A stretch of DNA of 64,000 bases from Oikopleura dioica (lineage: Eukaryota; Animalia; Chordata): the NCBI GenBank assembly GCA_907165135.1, contig OU015568.1:2604001-2668000 (forward strand). The letters run 5' to 3'. The notes beneath the pieces were generated by a model. That model did not search any database. It had not been told where the DNA came from and saw only the letters and a list, made by a program, of their open reading frames with translations. The stretch's first letter is position 1. The number at the start of each line of letters is the position of its first letter. A program made the translations under genes and the position numbers. Below are positions 1-12,391 of the stretch, piece after piece.

Positions 1-1312
1 ACTGCGATACGCAGCAATGGCTGCCGGCCCTACTTCCCTCGGTGACGGAGACCGAGCCCGAATGTGCTCAAATCCCGCCTTCAGAAACCGAATCTACTGT
101 CGTCAATTCCGTCTTCAATAAAAACTATGGTACTGTTTATTTCTTTTCAGCAAGTTTTGACCAGACAAGAATTGTCCCGAAGACAGAAAGAAACAGTACA
201 GCGTAATTTTTGTGGCTCGTGATTTTTTTCTTGAAACGAAAACGATTTCCATCGTAATGTTTTTTGTCGCAGTGAGTTTTCCAGTTTGCCATTGACGATT
301 CTAGCGGGGCAGCCATCACGAATAATTTCGAATTCTGCGATGGGAGGCTGTTTACTGTACATTAATGACTGGACGCAAAAATTCGAAATGACGTAAATAA
401 TTCTCTCATAGGATCATTATTTCCTTGATTCATTATATATACAGCAGCCGGTTTTAAATCTAAATCTGTAGAAATGGAAAAATATGATGCTTTTGAGATT
501 ATGAAAGCCCCCTTTCCTCCATTTTCAGACTCGACGTAGCAATTTTTCAGACTAAAATCTACAGGAAAATTCTTCCTGACGCTTTGGGCCCACTCCGTTT
601 CCACTAGAATCTCATCGCCGAAGTGGAGCGGTTCTTCTCCAGACTCGCCGTTTTTGAACTTGAGACTGACTGATTTTTCCCAAGAGTAGATGGTTTGGTC
701 TGATGAAGCAGAAAGGTCAGAGAGAGAATTGGAGAACATTCGTGAAGATTTTATCGTTGCCTAAAAATGACTTTTTGGCAATTGCCTTGAAGGGAGGAGT
801 TGCGCGTCTATGACTGGCTCATGAAAGAGATACTGGTTTCTGATTGGCTTGGAGATTCCCCCAACCAAGATGATGGCACCTTCCTGTGATTTAAAATTGC
901 AAGTTGTAGTCACTTGAGGTTTGAAATCTGACTGGAAAAAGACCTCTTTCTCATCATCAGTTGCTTTGATAACAAGTTGAAATCGAATATGGTCCCCAAC
1001 ATGTTCCGCTTGCATTCCACAGGCTCCGAGAGGAACAGTCAAGAGCCAGCCACTGTCAGTTTCAGTGGTTTTAGAATCCTTTTTGATGATTTCTTCAGCT
1101 TTATTTCAAGCGTCATGACTAGATCTAGTTAGAGCTCATGTAAATCGTGCCTGGCATACAAAATCGAAGTCCACGTCGAAGAGCTCTTTCCGTAGGAATA
1201 TGATCATTTCAGTAGGAGCACATTTAAGCTGGACGCAGCTTGGTTCAGCCAATTCGCATTGCTTGGTCATCGGATTTTTAGCCAGACATATAGTTAGAGC
1301 ACAGATGTTCAT
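1..1312 (-). CDS. Zona pellucida (ZP) domain secreted protein, multi-exon; 3' end may run off the window
   Basis: Exons give ZP-N-like VQLKCAPTEMIIFLRKELF...LTVPLGACGMQ...VTTTCNF and ZP-C-like segments FSLKNCYVES and EFEIIRDGCP...RWKSFSFQ...LRCTVSFC. The ATG at 1312 is tentative. Confidence 0.7.
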
Positions 1313-1502
1313 GGATTAAGAAGCTTAGCCGCTTAGTCTAAGCGTCATTAAGGCTAGGGTTGTCGATTTGGCCCAAAGCAGGGCTCATAAACTCTGGACG
1401 GCCCTAGCCTTAATACAAAATTCAAAATTTAACTTTTTCAATATTTAGAGCTTAGAGATAAGTTATCTCAGATAACCTTTGTCATCCTAGCAGCTCTGAA
1501 AA

Positions 1503-1790
1503 TTATGGTTTCTCTAACTCTACCCAACAACTCTTCGATGCACCAGCACAAACGTCTTCTTTATCTTCCTCTTCTCTCAGATTCACCTGTTTCTGGCATT
1601 GATGGCCAATAATTTTCTTATTCCCAATAAACCCACTTTTACATCCACAAAAGAAAACAGGCCCCCTCGGAACACAAAAGCCATTTTTCCTGTCGCAAGT
1701 GTTTCTGCCATTTTGACACGGGTGATTCCAAATTTTCTGGCTTCCATGGCTGCCCATAAAGCTTCGAAAAGCAAGCGTCTCTTGTAGAAA
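1503..1790 (-). CDS. EGF-like domain exon(s), possibly the 5' part of the ZP gene
   Basis: PCQNGRNTCDRKNGFCVPRGPVFFCGCKSGFIG...HQC has six-Cys EGF spacing. Linkage to the ZP exons is not resolved. Confidence 0.55.
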   Translation of the reverse strand, partial: FLQETLAFRSFMGSHGSQKIWNHPCQNGRNTCDRKNGFCVPRGPVFFCGCKSGFIGNKKIIGHQCQKQVNLREEEDKEDVCAGASKSCWVELEKP

Positions 1791-2744
1791 AATCAAAAAA
1801 TAGAAAAACATACTCACTGTTCTTTCAAAACGTGAATTGTAAATGCTAGTGAAGCGTTGTTTTACATTGAATATTTTGAGTGTGGGAAAGTCTCTTGCCG
1901 CTGGGGTCAATTTTTGTGGTTGATTCAAATTGAAAACTGAAAATAAATAGGTCGCTTCTGATATGTTTCAATTTTTTTTCACAAAATTTATTTTTTTTTA
2001 CAATTTTTAAATAAAACAAACAAATGCAAAATGACAGTTTTAGCAGCAAAATAAAGCGTTTTTTCAAAATTTTGGGACATTTAAGAGTTTAAAGACTCAT
2101 TAAATAATTCATGTGTCGTTTTCTTCTCCTCATGGCTAGGTGCTTTATCGTTCGTTTTCCATCTGTTGGAGTTCCGGCCATTTCCGGTCTAAGATTAAAT
2201 TTCCAAGATGCGACCAAAGGGAAAAGGAGAAAGATTATTTGGAAGATTTTCATTTTGAAATTTTAAGTTTAGCAATTATTTGTTACTGAGATGGGGAGAC
2301 TCGAGACGAGGGTGGTTTTATCATGGTCGGAGAAGCACTGGACAGGAGTTCTGCGGGCAGCGATTTTCCAGGAGGGGGACGGAATCGAGAGCGCGCTTTC
2401 GATAAAACTATGAATTGGAGGATTCGCGCAACGGGGGGAATTAGCGGGGATGTCTAGAAACTGGAGGCAGAATCCATTCTCGATGGGCGATTTTGAAGTC
2501 TTTACAGTTTATTTTCAGTAAAATCTTTGGACAAAAGTGCTTTTCGTAGCTGATTCTTCATAAATATCAAATTTTGTACATGTGATGAATGTCATAATTT
2601 TCTTCTTCTATTTTCAAAATTTCAACTCAAACTGTACATCAATTGGCAATTACGTGATCGGTTCGTTTGAAGTTTTCCACGGCTTGATGCGTGGCCGCCG
2701 CGACAGCTTGTCCTCCAAAGACGTAAAAATTATCTAAGAATAAA

Positions 2745-4700
2745 TTAACATATTTTTTCAGACGTCATTTTTGAAATATATTCCGTAAGAAAAAGGTCTC
2801 TTTTGACTACCAGATAATCAAAGAAACGCCTTTTGTTAGGTACCTATTGAGTTTTTGTTGTTAACTCTTCGTTGATAGACTAAATTGAAGCTCCAAGTGG
2901 AGATTTGTGAGTATAAAAAGACGTCCGATTGGAAGCAAAGCTCTTGCTCTGAAGTCGAGAGGACATCGTGGATATCACTTTTTCGGATTCCCGTTTCTTC
3001 CAAATACGGCAAAAGATCTGAAGAAAAAGCTCATTCTAGCACCCATTACTTGTCCGATCTTACCAACGCTGGACAAAGAAGTAAGCCCAACTTCCTTAAT
3101 CGCATCAATCAGCTTGCTCCTCATGATCTGTTCGTCCATCGGCGCCGCAATATATACAATCATGTCCTTGAGGAGGACTCAATTTAAGAAAACCCAATTT
3201 GTAAACAAGCATGTACCTGTTTGAGAGCGTTCCGAACTCCGCGGAGGAAGATTCGGAAATTATCTGCAGCCAGCTCGGGGTTCTCCAGCATTTGCGCCAC
3301 GTTTCGGCAGCTCTTATCTGCTTGACCATCTGGAAGCTGAAAAAAGATTTTTTAAAATATAGAATCATAATATACTTTTTCAAAAAAAAAAAGATAAGCA
3401 AAGGATGAGACGTAGGATGAGATAATCTGTCTTAAAAACGTCGTCATTCAATATGGAATTGAGGCATTGAATTATTATACAACGTTAATCTCATGGAAAG
3501 AAAATGCCCCCTTGCTGGGTTCATTCGAAGCACAAGGTGTTTATGCGGTTTACGTACTCGATCGCAGTGGAGCAACCAATCACGCTGGTCGTATCTCCAG
3601 TGGACTGAAATCAGCGGCTTTCCTGCGGCTTTTTCTGCGATGAATTTCTTCACGACATTTTGGAATGCTTCCGGGCGCTAGAATCGAAATAGTAGAAAGT
3701 GGCGGCTTTTGAATTTTCTTACCTGAACGTATTTGACAATATCCATCGCCAATTGTCTGTCCCCACCGTCGTTTTTATGCAACAAGTGGCTCATGACCGC
3801 GCTTCGGAAATTTGAGATTGTATGAAATGGCATAAACCACAAAACACAGGCGCCGGAATTCTGATCGTTGAAGGTTTCGACTAGATCGACGGCAGCTGTA
3901 GACCGGACTTGAAACTTTCCAGTCAAGTCGGCAGGATAAGTGGGGATGTCCTCGAAGACTTTGCAGACAGTCGTCTGAAAAAAATCAATTTACAGGGGCA
4001 CGGAAACATGAAGCTTACCGAATACCAGTTCTCCAGTCCCGTCAGCATCTGGAACGTCTTGTATCTCTTCTGAAGCGAAATGCCACAGGTAAGGGTTTTG
4101 GGATTCGAACCCCACCAAACTGTGTCCAGTTTTGGGCATTTTTCTTGAATTTGTTCTGTGTCGCAAAAAGTGACGAACTCAGACAACTTCTTTCGATTGA
4201 TTCGGAGATCTGCCGAAATTGAGCTGGAAAGGGCTTCGTCGGTTTTGTGGCGGAAAAAGGGAGGAATGCACATTGTTCTAAAAGAGGGGTTAGATGAAGA
4301 TGGGATTAAGGAATTTTAACCTGTTGAGTTTTATGGCGAGAAAAACCGACTCGAGGAAGCCTTCGAGCTGATTATTCGGGCCCATTGAGAGAAAAGGGAT
4401 GAAGAATCGATTCGGGTCTGTCCTGTGAATCGGTCCATCGCTTTGGCCTTGTTCTACTGGAAGATCATCTTGATAAGACTCGACAACGTCAGGAACGATC
4501 GCCTCCGGAACCGTGGTTGGAACAAAGTTCGCGATGTTTTGAGTTTGAAGCAGCGCTGGACGACGATTTTCCCGAGGAACATAGCTTGAAGACACAGGTT
4601 AGGAATAATGCTATTAAGGTTATTTATTTTTATACCCGTCTTTTGCGTAGTCACGTGGGTCGGTCCGGCTCTGCTGCGAGAGGTAGTTGAGCGTGTCCAG
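2745..4700 (-). CDS. O-fucosyltransferase family (POFUT/GT-B fold) protein, multi-exon
   Basis: Motifs MGPNNQLEGFLESVFLAIKLNR-TMCIPPF, LISVHWRYD, IVYIAAP and EQELCFQSDVFLYSQISTWS are joined by short GT-AG introns. Stop at 2745; start approximate. Confidence 0.75.
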
Positions 4701-4817
4701 ATGAATCTGAAGATGCCCAGATGATTTTTTTAGAAAAGACGCGAAAAAGGGCGACTATCTCTTATAAAAGTTTCATTAAATAAAGGTATAAAACGCGTGT
4801 ATTATCACTTGAAACCC

Positions 4818-4970
4818 TTAATTCCGGCACGTTGAAGCGCGTTTGAACACTTGACTTACCCAAACACCAAGAACGGTGAGCACTGCAGCGACCATTCTGA
4901 TCGTTGCGACGCCCATTCCGACCAGTGACTGTAACCCGCTGAAAACTTTCAGACCATCAAGCATTCCCAT
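4818..4970 (-). CDS. Small hydrophobic 50-aa ORF (putative membrane microprotein)
   Basis: MGMLDGLKVFSGLQSLVGMGVATIRMVAAVLTVLGVWVSQVFKRASTCRN has one hydrophobic segment and an A-rich leader. No recognisable homology. Confidence 0.3.
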   Translation of the reverse strand: MGMLDGLKVFSGLQSLVGMGVATIRMVAAVLTVLGVWVSQVFKRASTCRN

Positions 4971-6271
4971 TCTTTCAATCTTTTTTCTTTTTTCTCTTTT
5001 CTCTTTTAAAATCAGTTTTGTGGTATTTTCAATTTGAATTCTCTTCGATGATCTCAATTGATTTTTTCACAAAAAAAGAAATATTTCAATTTCGACTCAA
5101 AAAATAATTTTTCGACACAAAAAATTGCGATTGCGAAATAAGTCAAATAGCAACATTTTCTAGCGTGTTTTTATGGAGAAATCTTCATGAGAAAGATTTT
5201 TTTTATCGAAAAAGAGTCTCTTTTGATAAAATAAGAACCGTATTTTCTCGCGCTAGAATTTCTATTTTCTCTTTTTTTCTGAGTCAATCTGCCCGGGCCC
5301 TGGTGTGTTGAGCCGTATGGGATGAGCTTCTGCCCGGGGCAATTTCGCGAATTATCAACCTTCCAGATTCAGCCAAAATAATTATCAACCCAAATCGGCC
5401 AAAAAAGGCCACCGATCGTTACATTATCAAAAAACATGCGCGGCGACGTGTACCTAGCGGCGCAGAATTTTAGAATTAGCGTTTTCGCGATCTAGCGAAC
5501 ATCGCAAAATTTTCAAATTTGGAAAGAGCACCTGCAATTTTCGTGCGGTCAATTATGGAATTTTCTAAAAGCTTCGAAAATGGTCAAATTCAACATCATT
5601 TTCACCGAACATTGATTGGAACTGTTATTTTTATTAAAAGGAAATATCGAAATTGGACTTAGAAATTAAATATAATCCTGAGTTTAACCCTTAAATTCAA
5701 GGATCAATCCTCCAAATAGGCAAATTAAGGGTCTAACTCACGTTTTAATTGAGAATTTTATGGTCAAATAAGGCTAATCAGAAGCCCAAAAAGTATTTTA
5801 ATCGTCCTTCTCACCCTTAATCAATCTATTTTTCAATAATTTTCAGCGGGTTTCCTTAATCCTTCTGGGCAAGATCGCCCCCGTCTTCAACAAATTGCCG
5901 ATGCCCGTAATTTTGGCAAGAATGACCACCCCAGCAGCGAGGAAGATGTGAGGATTAATTCTCTTTCTTCTTTTTTCTTCTCTTTTCGTTCTTATTGCTC
6001 GGAAATTTTCTTCGGCGGAAAATCGACATGTCCTCGGTGGTGCGCCATTCAGCACCTAAATTTTTACACGCTTAATTACTGTCAGAATGGTAATTGCTTT
6101 CCAAAAGAAAATGGCCTGTCAAAAAGTGAATTTGTTTGGCAGCCGAAATTTTTTCAACCTCTCCAAAACGACCAAGCTTGTCAAAATTTTGAATAAAAAA
6201 GAGCCCAAATACAGTAGAAAAAATGACTTTTACTTGTTCCAAGGCAAACTGTAGATCAGGGCCAGGGTTCA

Positions 6272-6412
6272 AACCTGTGTTAAAACCTGAGTCAGGAAGC
6301 CTGACTCAGGCTTCGTGTGAATTTCAAAATGAGTTCAAATTATGATTTGGCGAAGCCGCTTTGCGGCTTCATTTTTAATTTTAAGATCCTGACTCATGAT
6401 TTTACACAGATT
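6272..6412. mobile_element. Short MITE of the CCTGAGTCAGG/AAGCCGC family
   Basis: Imperfect inverted ends aacctgtgttaaaacctgagtcagg ... cctgactcatgattttacacagatt, with an internal aagccgctttgcggctt palindrome. Confidence 0.6.
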
Positions 6413-7673
6413 CTTGAGGCTAACGACAGGCTAAGATAAACTGTAAATCCGACAAAGCCGATTAAAAAAGACGAAAATTCTAAAAAAGTCGATTCGCAAA
6501 GCGAAAAAATTGATGAAAATGAAGAGTCGGAGGATGGGTTTTTAAGCTTATCCCTTAGCTTGTCAAAACAGCGCTTCAACTCGCCGTTGTCCAAACAAGA
6601 TCGCAGCGGATAATGACTTGATTCAATGTCCTCCCGCAATAAACTTGACGGCAGCTGATTCGATTTTCTTCAGTCCCTGGTGAACGTGACTTTCCGCTTC
6701 TTTTGCTTCAAGAACTCGAAAAACACTTTTTCTTTAATGGAAGCTTTTTTTGTTGGTGCTAAGTAGAACGCTGAGTTTTGGGTGACAACCGTTTAGAATG
6801 CGCGGCACGTAATCGCTCAACCACATTCACGAAAGTTTTTTTCTCTCCTTTCTTATCGGACCAGCGTCTTATCGCTCTCGGAGCAACGAGTCAGTGGGAC
6901 TCTGCGCTAATCCAATTAAAGGAAAACGTACGGAGAAGTACAAAGAAGGTTTATTACTTTTTGAGTTACTTTTCGAGTCGAAAATTTTTTTGTTAAAAAA
7001 GAGCGCCCTTGTTTATGCTTCCTATTCTTGCAAAAGCCCCCTTGTTCATCTTTGGCCACGTAGCCTTAAAAATCAAATTCAAAATCAAGCGTAATTTCTT
7101 CACTCTAAAAAAGTCTCGTCGTCCATCAAAGTCTGATCCTCGCTGAATCCGAGAATTACTCAAAAATGCGCGTAATCTCCGCTCGCTTTTTGCAACGTTC
7201 CACGTAGTCCAGTTTCATGTCTTCAAAAATTCAAAATAAAGAATCGAGTAGATTAGAAGATGCCGGAAACTAACACTTTTTTTTGCTTGTTTTCTGTTTG
7301 AGATCATTTCAATTTTAAGAAAGCCGGGTTAGGAGAGGTTGAAGAGAGAACCAAGATTCTAGCTCTCGAAAAACATGTTGAGGAGAGAAATTAAGGGACA
7401 GAGGGCTGTTAACAAGGCTGCTAAGTGCTCGTTAAGAGTGTAGAATGAGTTTTTCAAACGGAAAAATGCATTTATTGAGGAGGAAAAGGCTCGTCCCGAC
7501 AAAAAATTCTCGCGAAAATTCGATCATCGGCGATGATTCATCGCTAATAATTTTTCAGAAATCTTATTGGCTTATTAACAAAATCCGTTAGTTTGATTGG
7601 TTTAAAATTTGAACAAATTTTCTGTCAAAAATACCGCGATTTTTGGTCGAGTCGAGGCTTTTTCCTTCTTTTT

Positions 7674-7831
7674 GGCTACTCCCGCATTTCCCAAAATCCT
7701 GGATTTCCCAAATCCCGCATTTCCCAAAATCCTGAATCGGCAGAATCCTGATTTGGCGATTTGAGAAATTCAGGATTTTGAGAAATCCAGGATCTGGGAA
7801 ATCCAGGATTTTGGGAAATGCGGGAGCAGCC
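7674..7831. mobile_element. MITE with 9-bp target site duplication (Mutator-like)
   Basis: TIR of about 37 bp, ggct(a/g)ctcccgcatttcccaaaatcctggatttccca. Flanked by cttcttttt at 7665-7673 and 7832-7840. Confidence 0.85.
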
Positions 7832-9193
7832 CTTCTTTTTTTATGAAATCAAAGGAATGGGCTTTTCAAAGAAAAAATCTAAGTATTTGCATTTCAGCAT
7901 AAATACAAGCTCAAAAGTTTCTAATCAGAAAGCATGTAAAAAATACTCCAAAAATAGGAAATTGTTTTTATTGCAAATTCTCCACTTCAGATCACACGCG
8001 CTTTTTACTTCATATTTTATTTATCCATCGCTGCTATGAACATGTGTCGCTCTCCTTATCAACGAGGCTCAAGTATAAGACTACATAATTCCCGCTGTCT
8101 TCAAGGGTCCGCCCTTGCATTATTCACTTACTGATAAGAAATCGCTTCCGAGTTAAAAAGGCGTCTTCAGCAAAATTCTCTCTCTGGAAAATAGTAAACG
8201 AAGTTAATTATCGTCAGGAGGGTCCTTAAGCGGCCGGAAAGCTGACTTTTCTATTTTTCAACACTGAAAAGTGCCCCTGGTAATTTCAAAAACGCACACG
8301 CGATCCGCGATCGTGGTGGTGCTGGGCAGCGGAAAATGAAAATTTCTGCCGCGGGCGGATTCGGACCGCTCAACGGTGTTTTTTCGCGGTGGAGCTTCTT
8401 TGGAAGATTTCGAAACGAAATTCTACCGCACCGCCTGGGCGGCGATTTCAAAATTCAGAGTGCTCCAAATCGCATTATTCTGAGCTCCAGCAGGAGGAGG
8501 AGGACCTTCGAATCATTTGAATAAGGAGGTCGCTTCTTTCTTCAAAATCAAGTCAGCCTCGTTGTTTGAAATGAAATGTAAGAAAATTAAAATTTTTATA
8601 AGCAATTAGTTGAAAAAAGGAAGAAAAAGTCGATGCAATTATTTTTATAAAATTCTTGTCAAACCTCAGACCAATCAGATTGCCGCGTTCGCCCTGACGG
8701 CCAATCAAATTTTGTTAAAAATTGTCTCAAAATTCGACCCGCTATACAGTATAGCCTATACTTGATTCTCAAGAATTATTCAATAAATAGCAATTAAAAG
8801 ATTCTGAAATACTTGTTGCCCTCAAAAATGCGCTCGCGAAAATATTATCGACTTTAATTTTTGACAAATAATTACTCAAGAATTCTCGTCGAAAAATGTG
8901 GGGCGTTGGCAAAGTCCTGCTTACGTCAAACACAAGTCATATCGTCTTTCTTCTCTTATCTTGTTTTGAGATACAAGCGTTTTCCATGTTAGAGCTCAAG
9001 TTCTATTCGCTCGATAAAAGTGTGTTTTGTAATTACAGGATCTGATTATACAGTTCATTCGAGCATCTTCTTGGACCTTCACTTCTCGAGCCCTGAAAAC
9101 TGATGTTCATGCATTTTCTCAAGGTCATGTAGCAGTTTTATGTTGTTAGTAAGGTGACATCTAGGTATAGACAGGGTTAGTGAAAGTTAGTTA

Positions 9194-9495
9194 CCATAGA
9201 GTTGAACGCTTTAGGGAGAAGGCCTCCGATCCGCTTCCCCGTTTCCCGCGCAGATCACTCTCGGGGAAGTCTTGAAATTTTCCTTAGCGCCTGGTTTGCG
9301 CTTGAGGAGAATCTCGAGATTCTGAAGATGTGAATCTCGAGATTTTCTGATGATTCGGCCAATCAGAGAGCCGACAAGGATTTTTGCAATGACTAGGTGC
9401 TCTTGCCGCGAAATTGCGCGCGCTCCAGATTGAGCGACGCTCAGGGCCAGCGTCGCTCAGATTCTCCAATCTCCCTTTAGAGCTCAACTCCATGG
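9194..9495. mobile_element. Putative MITE with TA flanks
   Basis: Imperfect ends ccatagagttgaacgctttagggaga versus reverse complement ccatggagttgagctctaaagggaga; TA on both sides. Confidence 0.55.
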
Positions 9496-9807
9496 TAGAT
9501 TAGTGAAGTTGACATGCTCTCTCTACCTGTAATATGACTGAAGCTGTTTTTGGATTATTCGTATTCTAAAAAAAATTCTCAATAAAGAAGAATCAACGTT
9601 GGTTTTCTGAGAAAGTTACGTTGTTTTTGCTACTAAAACAGGAACCATAATAAAAAGTTCAAAAGATGTAAACAAATTTTTTTCCAATTCATAAGCTATT
9701 TGACTTACTATGACTATCTACAATCGCAAACTTAATAGTTTTGTCGCACTTACACATATTTAACCGTTGAAAATCATTATGAGATCAATAGTGAATAAAG
9801 TATCTCA

Positions 9808-11395
9808 TTATAAGTAACTTACAATTGAGTTCCTTACTGATCTTCTCCGAATCTTGTCTTTGAAAAAACTTCTGAACTCCGAAGTCAGTATTCCCCAAAA
9901 AAGCGTCATGAAAATCCCTGAAAGAAAAATATTTTATCTTCGCCTACCTAAGAGTAAGAGTACCTTGAGTGCTTTCGAGAATATTGATAAACGCACTCCA
10001 CCACCGAGCGTCAAAATGAAAGAAAACAACCAAATGAACGATTCCAAATAAAACGATCAAGCTCAAAACGCTCTTTGCGTTCTTGAGAAAGATTTCAGAC
10101 CGGCAGCGATTCACGCGTAACGATAGTCTTGTTATATTGATGAGAAGAGTAATGAGCGCCAGGAAACCAGTGCAAAGCATGAGATCTAGAATTATTTGCC
10201 GAAGGCTTGGGGAAAGATAAGCTTACTGATCGGAAGGAAATTAAGGAATAAATCGCATTTGACATTTCCATCCAGGGAGCATTTTGATAAAACAAGAGTA
10301 TCCTCTGTTGGTGCCTTTTTATGGGTTTTTATGGGGGCTTGGAAAAACTAGCAATAATAGAACAGAAAGCCTAAAGAAAGAAAGAACCCATCCCAGAATA
10401 TAGCAAATATATTTCCCAACAGTCAGTGCTGCCGGCACCAACCATCCAATCAGAAGAATCAAGATGTTCCGGACCTCCGATTCTTCGAAAATACTAAAGT
10501 GATACACATACAGCAATTGCAAGGCTTCGATAAAGCTCCAGGTAATAACAGCGAGCCAAAAGAAATGCGATAAAAAATCGGCAATGATGCAGCTTTTTTG
10601 AATTGAGACCATTTTTTCGACAAAACTTGGGTTGAATCGTTGTGAATCGAGTTCTTTGTCGAGGAGAAATTGGCCGGTTTGGGGGAGGATTGATTCGAGT
10701 GCGGCTGGGTCGAAGACGATTGAGGATTCTGAGGCAAGGTGGTGATGGATCAGGGTTTTTAGGACGGAAGAAAGATACCAGGCAAGCATGGATGCGACGA
10801 GGTGGCAGTGGACCTAGATTTTCTGATTAAGGTGGTAGCGACCGTTAATCCAATTCAAGTCCAAAATTATTCCATGAATCATTTGATTGAAAAAGTCGGT
10901 TTTGCACTTAAATATTTTTCATCTTAGAATAAAAAAGAGACACCCTTAAAAATGACGTCAATTGTACCTTTAATCTGGTCGTCTGTCCAAGCCGATTCTG
11001 CCTCATTCTATTGCAAAAGACGAATAACAGCAGGGCAAGAAGAATTATCGACAATGCCATAAGAGCAAATGCGATTTTATCAGAATTCTGAAACGAAATG
11101 CTCGCTTCTGGCTGACTTTCAATCCAGTGTCCATTCACGCAGTTCCGTGGCTGACCTTCTTTTTCAACGCAAATTGAGCTGTTGCACCGAGTTTCGCAGA
11201 AAGATTGGTCAGATTGGCAGCAGATGTTCCTTAATTCAATAGATAAGTTAAAATGATGAAATTACTCCTTTTCTAGGATTTGCTTATTTGACATTTCGCA
11301 ATTGTGACCTTGAATTCTGAGCTTATTTTTGAAAGATTCCAAAATATTTGTTGGGTGTTGCCGGGATCTATATAATCAAGGATAAAGAATCGCAT
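9808..11395 (-). CDS. Class B (secretin-like) GPCR with Cys/Trp N-terminal ectodomain
   Basis: 7tm_2-like motifs: FFWLAVITWSFIEAL (TM3), LIGWLVPA (TM4), AKSVLSLIVLFGI (TM6), STQGIFMTLFWGILTSEFR (TM7, assembled across an intron). Ectodomain ...CETRCNSSICV...NCVNGHW. Start approximate. Confidence 0.8.
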
Positions 11396-11496
11396 TTCAG
11401 TCTTTTTAGGACTCCTAAAACTAGTGGAGAGTACTCACTACAGTATGAAATATTTTTCCTTTAGCCTTTGTGACTTTCTTTTTATAACATTTTAGC

Positions 11497-12013
11497 ATGA
11501 GGATTTGGACAACTCTTTTTGCTGCAATTTATGGTTGCCCTGCTAAAACGGTCATAACCTCTATGACCTCATCGGCCACGAAGGACGATAATAGCGATGG
11601 AACGATTGGTTTAAGGTATGAAAACATAATTTTTAATAAGTTTTTTATGATAAAAATATATTATTAAGGCTCAAAGGGAGAGACGGAGCTTATTCGAGTT
11701 GGATTAACTTGGAAGACCGAAACAAGAATGAACATGAATTAGGTGAAACGGACGTCCTGTATCTCGACCATTATCTTTTTTTTTTGGGTAAATCGAATTC
11801 AAAATTCTTATAAATAACTTATTACCAAATTAAGAACCAATTGTCTCAATCGACATCTCAGAAACAGACGGCGATGGCTGGAGATTTGATCGGATTAAAA
11901 TCGAACTTTCCGGCGCAGAATGTAACACAAGAACGTACTACTTTGGGAACGGCTTTGTTGAAAAAGGAACTATAACTTTGCCTGAAATTTTCGGTGGTCG
12001 ATCTCGATGGTAA
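11497..12013 (+). CDS. Small secreted PLAT/LH2-like domain protein (3 exons)
   Basis: In-frame GT-AG assembly: MRIWTTLFAAIYG...NSDGTIGLRLKGRDG...NEHELGETDVLYL...DGDGWRFDRIKIE...YYFGNGFVE. Not in the ORF track. Confidence 0.65.
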
Positions 12014-12073
12014 ACGATGAAAAAAGCATCCCTGATTTTCCCATCCTCCTGATAGCGCTTGATAAATAAAAAC

Positions 12074-12391
12074 TTACATAAGAGGATCATAAAAAGGCAA
12101 GCAGCCTATACTGTCATTCGTCTTAAGCTTTTCCATGTCATTTTTCAGGCAATTGAACGCTTTTTTGAAGGATAAGGCTTGGTTCTGAAGCATCACAATT
12201 TGATTTTTCTCGATCGGATTCAGCGAAGAATTTTTAATTAACACGAAAGAATCCCTAAGTAAGCTGGCCATTTCTTCTTTTTCGTCCATTTTTGATCGTA
12301 AGAGGGACTCGTGGAACGGGTCGGAAGAAATGTACTCCGCCATTTTGTCTTTAAATTCGCCAAATTCTGTTTCGTTCAAACTCATTTTCAA
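12074..12391 (-). CDS. Single-exon helical hypothetical protein (105 aa)
   Basis: Open ORF with helical, charged composition. No recognisable motif. Confidence 0.35.
   Translation of the reverse strand: MKMSLNETEFGEFKDKMAEYISSDPFHESLLRSKMDEKEEMASLLRDSFVLIKNSSLNPIEKNQIVMLQNQALSFKKAFNCLKNDMEKLKTNDSIGCLPFYDPLM

Noticed and set aside
4100-4115. gggattcgaaccc B-box-like motif
   Set aside because: It lies inside a coding exon and has no cloverleaf.
5729-5816. ttaa|gggt...accc|ttaa segment
   Set aside because: Only 4 bp of terminal symmetry; too weak to call a MITE.
5843-9100. Scattered 60-80 aa ORFs
   Set aside because: No recognisable domains or consistent splice chain; could not support a gene.
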